A program made the position numbers and the translations under genes. DNA of 64,000 nt from a virus. Positions 1 to 8,267 of the stretch are shown piece by piece. Location: the IMG/VR virus record IMGVR_UViG_3300042374_000295, positions 4,394-68,393 of that record; one strand, 5' to 3'. How positions within the stretch are numbered: the first letter of the stretch is position 1; every line of letters starts with the position of its first letter. The notes under the pieces were generated by a model. It was given only the letters and a program-made list of their open reading frames with translations. It had not been told where the DNA came from and searched no databases.

Positions 1-468
1 CCACTCTCTTACGTCCGACAGTATTGGAGGTGGTGCAAGGTGTGACGTGAACGGTTCGTTGTCTAAGATATCCCCATTCAATACGATACAGTCTATTTTA
101 TTGTCCAGTCCGTATTGGAGTGCTGCCTCTAGGGCCTCTGGATCGTGGTTAGGGAAGTGTATGTCGCTTAGCACAAGAACGCTTCTTATCTCTTCTGGCA
201 AGTGTGTAAACTTTCTAACAGAGCCTCTTGTCCTTGGGATGCCAAATGGATTATCCCTGGTAGCATCACTTTCGTGCTCTATTGTCTCTTTAATGTTAGA
301 GTTTTCGCTTGTGTACTGGACAACAAGCTTCCTTGCGTTCTCTACAGATGTAAACAGTGCAGGATAGTTCTCGTGCAGGTATGTGCCTATGGATCTCTTG
401 CTTGCCTTAGGAAATTTTTCCAAGGCCTCTATTACAAGTAAACCTTTTCTTGTTGGTTTTCCGCTCAT
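1..468 (-). CDS. Calcineurin-like metallophosphoesterase (3' end runs off the window)
   Basis: Manual translation from ATG at 468 gives ...VLVLSDIHFPNHD...CIVLNGDILD..., the DxH and GD motifs of metallophosphoesterases; absent from the ORF track because it is truncated. Confidence 0.8.
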   Translation of the reverse strand, partial: MSGKPTRKGLLVIEALEKFPKASKRSIGTYLHENYPALFTSVENARKLVVQYTSENSNIKETIEHESDATRDNPFGIPRTRGSVRKFTHLPEEIRSVLVLSDIHFPNHDPEALEAALQYGLDNKIDCIVLNGDILDNEPFTSHLAPPPILSDVREW

Positions 469-956
469 ATTGCAACGTACCCACTAGGCTTGGGTTTGCC
501 TTGAAGTTGTTTAACCGAGTAACCAAATGTTTTTTGAAAGTGAGGCATATCTGTAAATTTCCAATCCCCACCCCACTCGAATCCGTGAAGTTTAAATATC
601 TTAACGACCTCCATCCAATCAGCTACTCCATCACCATCGAAGTCTACGTTAGTCTGCCAAGATGCTGTCTCAAATGTTCCGTTGCCGTCCTTGTCCACCA
701 ATAGAACTATATCTATTGCCAGGCCATAGTTGTGCAGGCTTTCGCCTCCGCGAGCGTTTGTTACTACCTTGCCTGGCTTTGTTCTGCCTATGGCGTATAG
801 TGCGTCTTGTTCTGCGTCTGTTCTTAGGGTATACGCAAATCGACAAATAGCTTTACCCTTTAGGTTGTTATTTATCTCGAAGTATATAGCCTTAGCCTCG
901 TCTCTTAGCTTTGGGTGCAGTCGAGCGATTCTGTCTAGGGTTACTTGGTCTATCAT
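465..956 (-). CDS. Endolysin, M15C-type (L-Ala-D-Glu peptidase-like)
   Basis: RTDAEQDALYAIGRT, SLHNYGLAID, WGGDW and DMPHFQ motifs; likely start MIDQVTL at 956, overlapping the holin stop (ATGA). Confidence 0.85.
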   Translation of the reverse strand: MIDQVTLDRIARLHPKLRDEAKAIYFEINNNLKGKAICRFAYTLRTDAEQDALYAIGRTKPGKVVTNARGGESLHNYGLAIDIVLLVDKDGNGTFETASWQTNVDFDGDGVADWMEVVKIFKLHGFEWGGDWKFTDMPHFQKTFGYSVKQLQGKPKPSGYVAI

Positions 957-1222
957 GATTTGATTTTGTCTGTTATTTCTGGCTTTATTGGTTCTGGTTC
1001 CGACTTTCTGCCGGTGGCAATCTGCTTCAACAGGTATGCAACTGTTGCAATTCCTGCAACCTTTAGCATCTGATTCCAATCGATTTCGTAGTACGCGTTT
1101 GCCATCCAATAACTGTACATCTGCATAGCTACATCGCTAGCGGCAGACAAGAAAAACATTATGGCTCCTTTAAAGATATCGTACCAGTTTAGACTTAAAA
1201 ACTTTGAAATCTCCTTTTTCAT
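953..1222 (-). CDS. Putative holin
   Basis: About 89 aa from MKKEISK, two hydrophobic segments and a charged C-terminus, directly upstream of the endolysin. Confidence 0.6.
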   Translation of the reverse strand: MKKEISKFLSLNWYDIFKGAIMFFLSAASDVAMQMYSYWMANAYYEIDWNQMLKVAGIATVAYLLKQIATGRKSEPEPIKPEITDKIKS

Positions 1223-1260
1223 TAGGCAAAGATAATTATTAACACCGTTGGTTGTTAGAA

Positions 1261-1292
1261 ATGAAGAAGCCTCTGCTTTCACAGAGGCCTCC
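1261..1292 (-). terminator. Intrinsic terminator after the capsid operon
   Basis: Minus strand GAGGCCTCTG-TGAAAG-CAGAGGCTTC followed by TTCATTTCT. Confidence 0.6.
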
Positions 1293-1320
1293 ACCCAATT
1301 ATGAACCATTTCGTAAAATA

Positions 1321-2259
1321 TTACGCAATTTCTAGTCTAGTCTTGAGGTCTTCTAAGAACTCAGGATTTGATCCTTCTAGGTATACATATAGTGCACCCT
1401 TTGGATCCTTTTCGCCTTGCTTGTAGGTAAAGATTGGCTTGCCTTCTGGCTTGCCATCTGGGCCTATCATGAAGAAACCTTTCCTCATTGAGTCTTGGCA
1501 TATGATGTTGTTCTCTATCGCGTCTGCAATAACACCCCTTCTCTCAGAGATAACTTCTTTTGGAGCACTGTTCTTGTCAGTAAGCCTTAAGAAGATGTCC
1601 ATGTTAGCCGGGTTGTATTGAATCATCTTATCGATAATTAACTTAACTTCATCAGCATCTAGATCGTCAACATTTGGAATCATGAAGTTCTTAGCAACCA
1701 ACCTAATGGTAGCCTCAGAAACTCCGCCGTCAGCCAATGTATTCCAAAGTCTAGCATTTGCTGTAGATGTGATAGCCTTTCTGATAACAGCGTCTCTTCT
1801 TTCGCCTTCAAGGTTTTCTATTTCAAAGAATGCTGATGCATTGTCTTTGTATTCTGGCTTTGTGTGAATTTGGTCTGAGAATCTCCATAAGTAGTAGGCA
1901 AGGTCAACGTCGTTAACAGCCAATTGGCCACCAACAACTTGAGTTCCGTTGTCTAAAAACTTCATTCCGCCGCCATTTTGTTGTGGAATACCTGCCGATC
2001 TAGAGTATCTTACCTCAGCCATTTGACCATCGTAGTAAGTGCTAGTAACAAAGCTAAGTTTCATACTTCTAGGCATTAATAATCTGCCTGGATTGTCCAT
2101 GTCTTTTTGGATAAAATGAGCAGCATACTTAAGAACTATTGGCTTAATAATTCTACCTGTCTCATCTAAATGTTTTGCAAATAAGCTTTGAAATTTTTTC
2201 AAGCTTTCTTTGTCTTCTGTTTTTGTTCTTTTGAACAACTCGTTGTTTATATATATCAT
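1321..2259 (-). CDS. Head-module protein downstream of the MCP (position of crAss-like gp75)
   Basis: Long ORF directly after the MCP; likely start MIYINNE at 2259; function from synteny only. Confidence 0.5.
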   Translation of the reverse strand: MIYINNELFKRTKTEDKESLKKFQSLFAKHLDETGRIIKPIVLKYAAHFIQKDMDNPGRLLMPRSMKLSFVTSTYYDGQMAEVRYSRSAGIPQQNGGGMKFLDNGTQVVGGQLAVNDVDLAYYLWRFSDQIHTKPEYKDNASAFFEIENLEGERRDAVIRKAITSTANARLWNTLADGGVSEATIRLVAKNFMIPNVDDLDADEVKLIIDKMIQYNPANMDIFLRLTDKNSAPKEVISERRGVIADAIENNIICQDSMRKGFFMIGPDGKPEGKPIFTYKQGEKDPKGALYVYLEGSNPEFLEDLKTRLEIA

Positions 2260-2280
2260 AACTATTTTGTTTGAAAAATA

Positions 2281-2317
2281 AAACAATGCGAGATCGTTTA
2301 ATAATCTCGCATTGTTT
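2281..2317 (-). terminator. Hairpin/terminator after the major capsid gene
   Basis: AAACAATGCGAGAT-N9-ATCTCGCATTGTTT perfect 14-bp inverted repeat, T-rich downstream on the minus strand. Confidence 0.7.
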
Positions 2318-2327
2318 AATATGTTAA

Positions 2328-3746
2328 TTATACAGTTTTAACCAAGATCATTTGGTTAGCACCCATGATGTGAGCACCCATGTCAGTTCTGATGAACGAT
2401 TTGTTTACGTCTACAGAACTTACTTTCATACCAGGACCAGCACCATTAACTGACCATACTTCCATTTTACGAGAGTATCCGTTCAAGTTTTTGTAGCGAG
2501 CTCCGATGTTGTCAAGCATTTTACCAGATTTAGCATCTTTAACTTTGTTCATTGGCAAGAATACACCGTAACCGTCAGTTACAGAGTTTGCGATACCAAA
2601 TGTTTGTCTGTTAGAGAACTCCATCATACGCTTGAACATGAATGTTCTTTGAGATTTTTTCAAGTAATTGAAGTCAATAGAGATTGATTTACCGTCTACA
2701 CCAAATCTGCTACCTAATTGTTGTTCAATTTCGTAGATGATGTTAGTGTTAGCCAAGTAAGCAACCATTGTGTTTTCAATTTCATCACTGAAAGACTTAG
2801 AGGTTAAACCTAATACATAGTCACCAGCATACTCTCTATCCAAGATACGACCATAAGCATCGAAATCAGTTACAGAGAATGAACCAGGAACGTAAGTCTC
2901 AGTGTTACCTTGAGTTTTGATTGTAGGGATTAAACCGTTAGTAGTATTAACTGGCAATCCTGTAGTAGGATCAGTTACACCGTTATTAACACTTGCTTCA
3001 CCGAACAATAATGCACCAGATACTTGTTTGCCAATTCTCCATTCCATATCCATCCAGTTTAAGTTGTACCAAGAGTTACCACTAGCAATTTGCTCACTAC
3101 CGTTAACGCTACCTGGAACCTCTACCCAACCATCAAACCAAGTTTGGTTTGTTAATTCAGTACCAGTTACAGCTAAAGTTTCCTTCATGATTTGAGTGTA
3201 GTTTGTACGCTTAGTAGCACCAGGAACAATTCCTTTAGGTTGGTCAGAACCCTCAGCGAATGCGTTAGACACTAAAGACATTTCCTCACCAGCAGCAACT
3301 GATGCAGGTATTGTGTTTGCGTTTAATGCATTGATAGTCAATACGGGAGCACTTGGAGTACTTACGTTGATGCTTGTGATGATACCTAATTGACCAGTTT
3401 TAAAGAACACAATGTCATTTAAACGTGGGTAGAAGTTATTGTTTGTGTCAACGTCAGCAACAGCCAATGTGATTAAAATAGTATCTTGAGCCGGCACAGC
3501 GCCAGAAACTCTACTAGCTAATGATCTAGATTTGAAAGTCGGGTTTTTCAATTCGTTCTCATAGTGAGAGTAACTAGTAGCAGCTACTGGTTTAACGAAT
3601 CCTAATTTCTCCAAGGTTAAGAACCAAGAAGAACCTTGATCGCCGTAGCGATTAAACATTTTTGATAGAACGTCCGGTTTGTGGACGTCGTAGGCAGACA
3701 CAAAGTTACTTTGGTATTGTGCCGCGATTTGAGCGATGTTAGCCAT
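2328..3746 (-). CDS. Major capsid protein (HK97 fold, crAss-like)
   Basis: 472 aa; NYTQIMKETLAVTGT, LLFGE and TNGLIPTI segments typical of this MCP group; follows portal and scaffold. Confidence 0.9.
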   Translation of the reverse strand: MANIAQIAAQYQSNFVSAYDVHKPDVLSKMFNRYGDQGSSWFLTLEKLGFVKPVAATSYSHYENELKNPTFKSRSLASRVSGAVPAQDTILITLAVADVDTNNNFYPRLNDIVFFKTGQLGIITSINVSTPSAPVLTINALNANTIPASVAAGEEMSLVSNAFAEGSDQPKGIVPGATKRTNYTQIMKETLAVTGTELTNQTWFDGWVEVPGSVNGSEQIASGNSWYNLNWMDMEWRIGKQVSGALLFGEASVNNGVTDPTTGLPVNTTNGLIPTIKTQGNTETYVPGSFSVTDFDAYGRILDREYAGDYVLGLTSKSFSDEIENTMVAYLANTNIIYEIEQQLGSRFGVDGKSISIDFNYLKKSQRTFMFKRMMEFSNRQTFGIANSVTDGYGVFLPMNKVKDAKSGKMLDNIGARYKNLNGYSRKMEVWSVNGAGPGMKVSSVDVNKSFIRTDMGAHIMGANQMILVKTV

Positions 3747-3778
3747 TTTTAATTTTTAATTTAAGGTTTTGTGAGATC

Positions 3779-4945
3779 TTAATTCCCGTTCATATACCTT
3801 TCCCACTTCTCGGCGATAACGTCGGAGGCGTTCTTGTCTACTCTTGGGGCCGCAGGCGTCTCTACCTTTAGCTGTGAAGGGTTAGTTATTTCCTTCTCCA
3901 CCTGGAGTCTTACACTGCCCTCGGTTCTTGCAGCAAGCTTACTTAGCACCGTTGATAGGTTTTTCGCTAAGACAAGGTTGTACTGTTCTGATACCGCTTC
4001 CACTAGGTTCTCCTGTGTCAACTCCAACCCGGAGCTTACCACTTTGTTTACTACTAGCTTGGCCTGTGCTTTTGCCTCTTCTGGTGTCAACTCTATATAG
4101 TCCACCGTCTCCATAATGTCTTGGCCATTTTTGTCTTTTCCCTTCGGTACTTGTACAGGTATTTTTCCAAATATTTTATCGACGTTTTGGTCAACGACTT
4201 CTTCCCATTGCGCTTTGAGTTGTTGTCGTTGCTGAATAGATTCATTTACTGTGAGGACTGGTCCGGCTGTTTTAACCTTGCCCATAATGTCCTCGATTTC
4301 TTTTGTTGCTTGGACAGCCTTACGTTCAAGTCTGAACTGTTCCATCTCTGCCTTTTCTTCTGCCTCTTCAAGTTCTTCGCCGTAAAGGTCATCGCTTACC
4401 TGAGTCTTGTACTCACGTTTTAATGACTTTGTTAGCATATCCTTCTTGTCAATTAGTGACGGATCCTTTAAGATCTCCGCCAATACTAGTGCCTCGATTG
4501 GATCCTTAGTCTCAGCTGCGTCAAACTGTTTTACTTGTTTAATAAAGCTAGCGTCTTCGATTCCTGTCTGAGCAGCGAATGTGTTCATCTCCTCCAAGTT
4601 CTTAGAGTGGAACTTTGCAATTGACTGTCCCTTTAGTTCATCAAATTGAGTCCTTGCCTCTTGTAGGCTTGGTAGCTCACTTAGAACTCCCTTAAATGAC
4701 TCCAACTCGTCTAGAGTAGTAAAGTTCATTCCAAAGGTTTCGTTGATTGTCTGGAGCCTTGTGTCGTCACCCGTAGGCGTAACAACTGGTCCCGTTGATG
4801 CAGGTGGATCATTGCTGATTCGTCCTGTTAATTCTGTTGGCTCAGTCGGTGTGACTGGGGCAACTGTCTCACTAGGTGCGTCTGGACTGGCTGGTGTCTC
4901 TAACGCGCTTAGGAAGTTTGCTTTTTCTTGATCAAATTCTCCCAT
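3779..4945 (-). CDS. Putative capsid scaffolding protein
   Basis: Acidic, helical, with a P/T-rich N-terminus; lies between portal and MCP. Confidence 0.7.
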   Translation of the reverse strand: MGEFDQEKANFLSALETPASPDAPSETVAPVTPTEPTELTGRISNDPPASTGPVVTPTGDDTRLQTINETFGMNFTTLDELESFKGVLSELPSLQEARTQFDELKGQSIAKFHSKNLEEMNTFAAQTGIEDASFIKQVKQFDAAETKDPIEALVLAEILKDPSLIDKKDMLTKSLKREYKTQVSDDLYGEELEEAEEKAEMEQFRLERKAVQATKEIEDIMGKVKTAGPVLTVNESIQQRQQLKAQWEEVVDQNVDKIFGKIPVQVPKGKDKNGQDIMETVDYIELTPEEAKAQAKLVVNKVVSSGLELTQENLVEAVSEQYNLVLAKNLSTVLSKLAARTEGSVRLQVEKEITNPSQLKVETPAAPRVDKNASDVIAEKWERYMNGN

Positions 4946-4962
4946 ACAATTGTAATATTGTG

Positions 4963-4993
4963 CAAAGTAAGAGAATTTATGTCTTGGTTGTTA
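4963..4993 (-). promoter_or_regulatory. Late-class promoter TAACAAC-N16-TTACTTTG
   Basis: Same motif and spacing recur upstream of several structural genes. Confidence 0.65.
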
Positions 4994-5009
4994 CATTTTT
5001 GTTAAATAA

Positions 5010-5215
5010 GTCAAGCATATGCATAGGTGTCCCATTATCCGTGAAGGAGTAGAACGGGAAACTGTTCAGCTATTTATGCACTTCCGACCGTGTCCAATTC
5101 TTATGTATTCTCTAGTATAACCTAGAATGGAGGTTTCGTTTATTGATTTAGAACCTTTCGGCTTCACGTGCCTGTTGTCAGGTTGGACAGAGCAGGACTT
5201 TGTTAAATCAATATC
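5010..5215 (-). ncRNA. Candidate structured non-coding RNA between portal and scaffold genes
   Basis: ORF-free; nested inverted repeats (ATTGATTTA/TAAATCAAT, TGCATA/TATGCA, TCCCGTT/AATGGGA, CTAG-GTTATA-CTAG, GCC-GAAA-GGT). Confidence 0.4.
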
Positions 5216-5292
5216 ATAAATAACAGTTTTTTTAAGGTCTACGGTTCACAAGTTTTTGGTAAGGTACTAGATATCAACCCACTTTTGACAAT

Positions 5293-5324
5293 AAAAAAAC
5301 CCCAAGTAGCGGAATTACTTAGGG
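5293..5324 (-). terminator. Intrinsic terminator with loop complementary to upstream 5375-5385
   Basis: CCCTAAGT-AATTCCGCT-ACTTGGG then G and T7. Confidence 0.7.
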
Positions 5325-5529
5325 CTTTCTAAACGGTTGTAACGGATCACTCCCGTAAAAAGAACTTCTATTGCAATTCCGCTACAATAATCTGGTACAA
5401 AATAACACAATAGTTTTCATATATGCAAATATTTTATTACTAAATTTACTAAACCTGTAAAAAACTTGATATAATTTGTCTTAAAATTACCCATTCTGTC
5501 TTAAAATATTTCATATCGCAATATAAAAT

Positions 5530-5558
5530 AAAAAAACCCAAGCAGTGAAGTACTTGGG
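5530..5558 (-). terminator. Intrinsic terminator
   Basis: CCCAAGTA-CTTCAC-TGCTTGGG followed by T7. Confidence 0.75.
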
Positions 5559-5596
5559 AATCTTTAATGATACAAATGTTTAGTTTTGTAAGACTG

Positions 5597-5627
5597 CAAA
5601 TATAAACCTAAAAGTTTAAAATGCAAA
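5597..5627 (-). promoter_or_regulatory. Bacteroidota housekeeping-sigma promoter TTTG-N19-TATATTTG
   Basis: Matches the established -33 TTTG / -7 TAnnTTTG consensus. Confidence 0.65.
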
Positions 5628-5789
5628 ATAAATATTAACTTTTAAGTTAACCCTGGCCCACATTTTTCTTGAAATAGTTTTTGCTATTCTTGTTTGTTGA
5701 CTGTTTTGCCTTTGCGTGTATACCTTTATTGGTCTTCTTGCTCTTTACCTTAAAGGTTGCTGTCGTTGCTGTTGCTTTCTTTGCTGCCA

Positions 5790-8267
5790 TTATACTTGTG
5801 GTGGTTGTTGAGGTTGTCCTTGTTGTTGCATCATTTGTTGTTGTTGTTGTAGAGCGGCCTGTTGCTGTTGTTGCATCATCTGTTGTTCATTTTGCTTCTC
5901 AGACAGGTCGTGCTGGTGCTGCATATCGATCGCCTTCATTGTGGCCTGGTTGTCTACCTGCATACCCTGAGTCAGTCTAATCTCGTCCATCTTGAAGTAG
6001 TGCTGCATCTCTAGTGTCTTGCGCTTTTCTTCGTTTTCATGAGTTATCTTAGCCATCTCAGCGTCTATAATAGCCTGCTCCTGCTCACCTTTTTGTTGTT
6101 GTAGCATTTGGTTCTGTTGACCTTGCTGCTCGATAGCCATCTGACTCTGTTGCTCTTGTTGCTTTGTTACAATTTGTTCCCTGTTAGCAATATAAGCCTG
6201 TGCCATCTTTAGCATACCCTTATTTACAAAGTCCTGTACAATTAAATAGTCAGAGTAACTTAGTAATGGAACACCTTGTCTTCCTACGCGCATAGCCTCC
6301 AATGCTGCCTGCAATAACGCCTGCTTTTCCTGTTGGTCAGGTTTTGCCTCAATCCTTACGTTGAACATTGCGTTGTTTATCTCTGCACCAATCTTTAAGG
6401 TTTGAGTTATACTAGATCCAAGGGCCTTGTAGTAACTTAGCTCGTAAGCACCGTTGTATTTAACAAGTAACTGTATTCTTAGTGCAGCGTTTCTAAACGA
6501 TCTCTCCTTAATTGTAATGTACGCTGAGTACATAGGCCTCAATGTTGTGGATGTTGCCTGTAGTGACATCTCTGACACACCAACCGACTGGTCACGCATG
6601 GGAGACGTAGCGTCAGCAACGCTACTTATACCTATTATCTGACGGATCATGTTAATATCGCTAGACATCAACATCAAAAATTCCTGTCCTGCGTTACCTA
6701 GACCACCCTGCAACTCCTGTATAGGCTTGTAGTTTGTCTGTGACGGCATATAGGTCCTGTGGGTTGTAGCCTGGTACAGTATGTCACCCGTCTGATTCCT
6801 TATTTTAAGCACCTCTAGAGGCGTTAACTTATTGTTACCTATGCTCACGTTCAACAACGATCCGTACTCTATTGCTAGACCGTTAGGTGCAGCCTTGGCC
6901 TTTGCGTTCTGTAGCTTTAACCATGACAACTGAATGCTATCCAATAAAGGTATCATCCTCTTAACCATGCTACCAGACTTCATCTTGTAGGCGTGGAAGC
7001 TTAGGTTAGCCTCTGATGGTGTTGGTCTAGGAATGTCAAACTGGTGACCGTAGTCCCAGGCGTACTCTGTTCCAACTATCCACTTGCACTTGTAGACCAT
7101 TAAGGTCTTGCTTATGTTTGTCTTTCTCTTGTCTCCCGTCCTTACCTTGCCAAACTCGTCCCTGTGTACCACTGTCTCTCCCTTAGAGTTTGTTCTCTCC
7201 GTGGTGTACTTAAGGTCGTCCGACTTGTACTCGCAGTCTAATACACATATTCTAAATGTGTCGTACTCGTATCTACCAAACTGGTCAATGTACCAGTTGT
7301 TTATAATTGCCGGGTTGTTGTAGTGGTTAATTGACTTCTGTGCTATCTCTACCAACTCCTCCTCTGTAAACTGAGGTGTGCCGTCTGGCTTGTTCATAGC
7401 CCTAACCTCTGCAATGGTGTAGAATATATACTCACCTGCAAACGGCATATTCTTAAACTCTGACTGGTGGACGTATGGTATAACGCACAGTGCAGGATCG
7501 CAGTATCTAATCTTAATCTTCTGAGTCATTGGATCTAGATAGTCTTTAGCAACCGCAACACCTAACTCAAACAAGTCTTCAAATAATTTTCTTTTTACTT
7601 CCTTCCACTCTGAAAGGTATGCCGTGTAGCGTAGTGCCTCCTCTATTGATATCTCACTCTTAAGCCTGAAGCCTCCCATTGAGGCAAACATCTCAAGCTC
7701 TTTAAGTGTGTCTGGAACGTAGTCTGGAGTTTGTTGTGTTATACCGGCCGCGTTCATGTAGTCTATAATATCACTCAATTCTTTGTTGGCCCATAGCATC
7801 CACTTGTCCTGCTCTTTTTGTGCGCTAGACTTCTCGTCAACGCCGTCGGCATAGATGTCGTGCTCCATGTCCTCAAATGTTCCAAGGATTACGTTCTTAA
7901 AGTTTGGTGCAACGGATAGTATCTCCCAGTTGATGTTCATGTAGCCCTGTCTAACAAAGTCAGACGGCTGTTGAACGGGACTGCTTGTTGAGACAGCTCC
8001 TGCCGGTACTGTTGGCGTTGGACGTTTGGTTATTCCAAGCCAGTCCATGTACTGGAGCTTATCCTGGTTACCGTTACCATACGCGCGGTATCTTGCAAAC
8101 AGGTCAACGTCAGAATAGTTTATCCCTGTTAAGTTGTTTCTGTACAACGTGTGTATTGCCTGGCAGTACTGTACGTTCCAGTCTTTCTTTAGTTTTATAG
8201 CAGGATCTACGCTATGTGACGGGAAGTTATACGCCCCGGTTGTACTATTGTTGTTAAAATTCTCCAT
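5790..8267 (-). CDS. Portal protein
   Basis: 825 aa immediately after TerL; RAYGNGNQ and YMNINWEIL..APNF segments resemble crAss-like portals; Q-rich C-terminal coil. Confidence 0.85.
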   Translation of the reverse strand: MENFNNNSTTGAYNFPSHSVDPAIKLKKDWNVQYCQAIHTLYRNNLTGINYSDVDLFARYRAYGNGNQDKLQYMDWLGITKRPTPTVPAGAVSTSSPVQQPSDFVRQGYMNINWEILSVAPNFKNVILGTFEDMEHDIYADGVDEKSSAQKEQDKWMLWANKELSDIIDYMNAAGITQQTPDYVPDTLKELEMFASMGGFRLKSEISIEEALRYTAYLSEWKEVKRKLFEDLFELGVAVAKDYLDPMTQKIKIRYCDPALCVIPYVHQSEFKNMPFAGEYIFYTIAEVRAMNKPDGTPQFTEEELVEIAQKSINHYNNPAIINNWYIDQFGRYEYDTFRICVLDCEYKSDDLKYTTERTNSKGETVVHRDEFGKVRTGDKRKTNISKTLMVYKCKWIVGTEYAWDYGHQFDIPRPTPSEANLSFHAYKMKSGSMVKRMIPLLDSIQLSWLKLQNAKAKAAPNGLAIEYGSLLNVSIGNNKLTPLEVLKIRNQTGDILYQATTHRTYMPSQTNYKPIQELQGGLGNAGQEFLMLMSSDINMIRQIIGISSVADATSPMRDQSVGVSEMSLQATSTTLRPMYSAYITIKERSFRNAALRIQLLVKYNGAYELSYYKALGSSITQTLKIGAEINNAMFNVRIEAKPDQQEKQALLQAALEAMRVGRQGVPLLSYSDYLIVQDFVNKGMLKMAQAYIANREQIVTKQQEQQSQMAIEQQGQQNQMLQQQKGEQEQAIIDAEMAKITHENEEKRKTLEMQHYFKMDEIRLTQGMQVDNQATMKAIDMQHQHDLSEKQNEQQMMQQQQQAALQQQQQMMQQQGQPQQPPQV

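Noticed and set aside
625-645. DFDGD motif resembling the multisubunit RNAP active site
   Set aside because: It lies inside a ~163-aa M15 peptidase and is better explained as a calcium-binding loop
5681-5980. Plus-strand Val-rich ORF and many other antisense ORFs in the track
   Set aside because: Shadows of real opposite-strand genes, here the portal poly-Q tail
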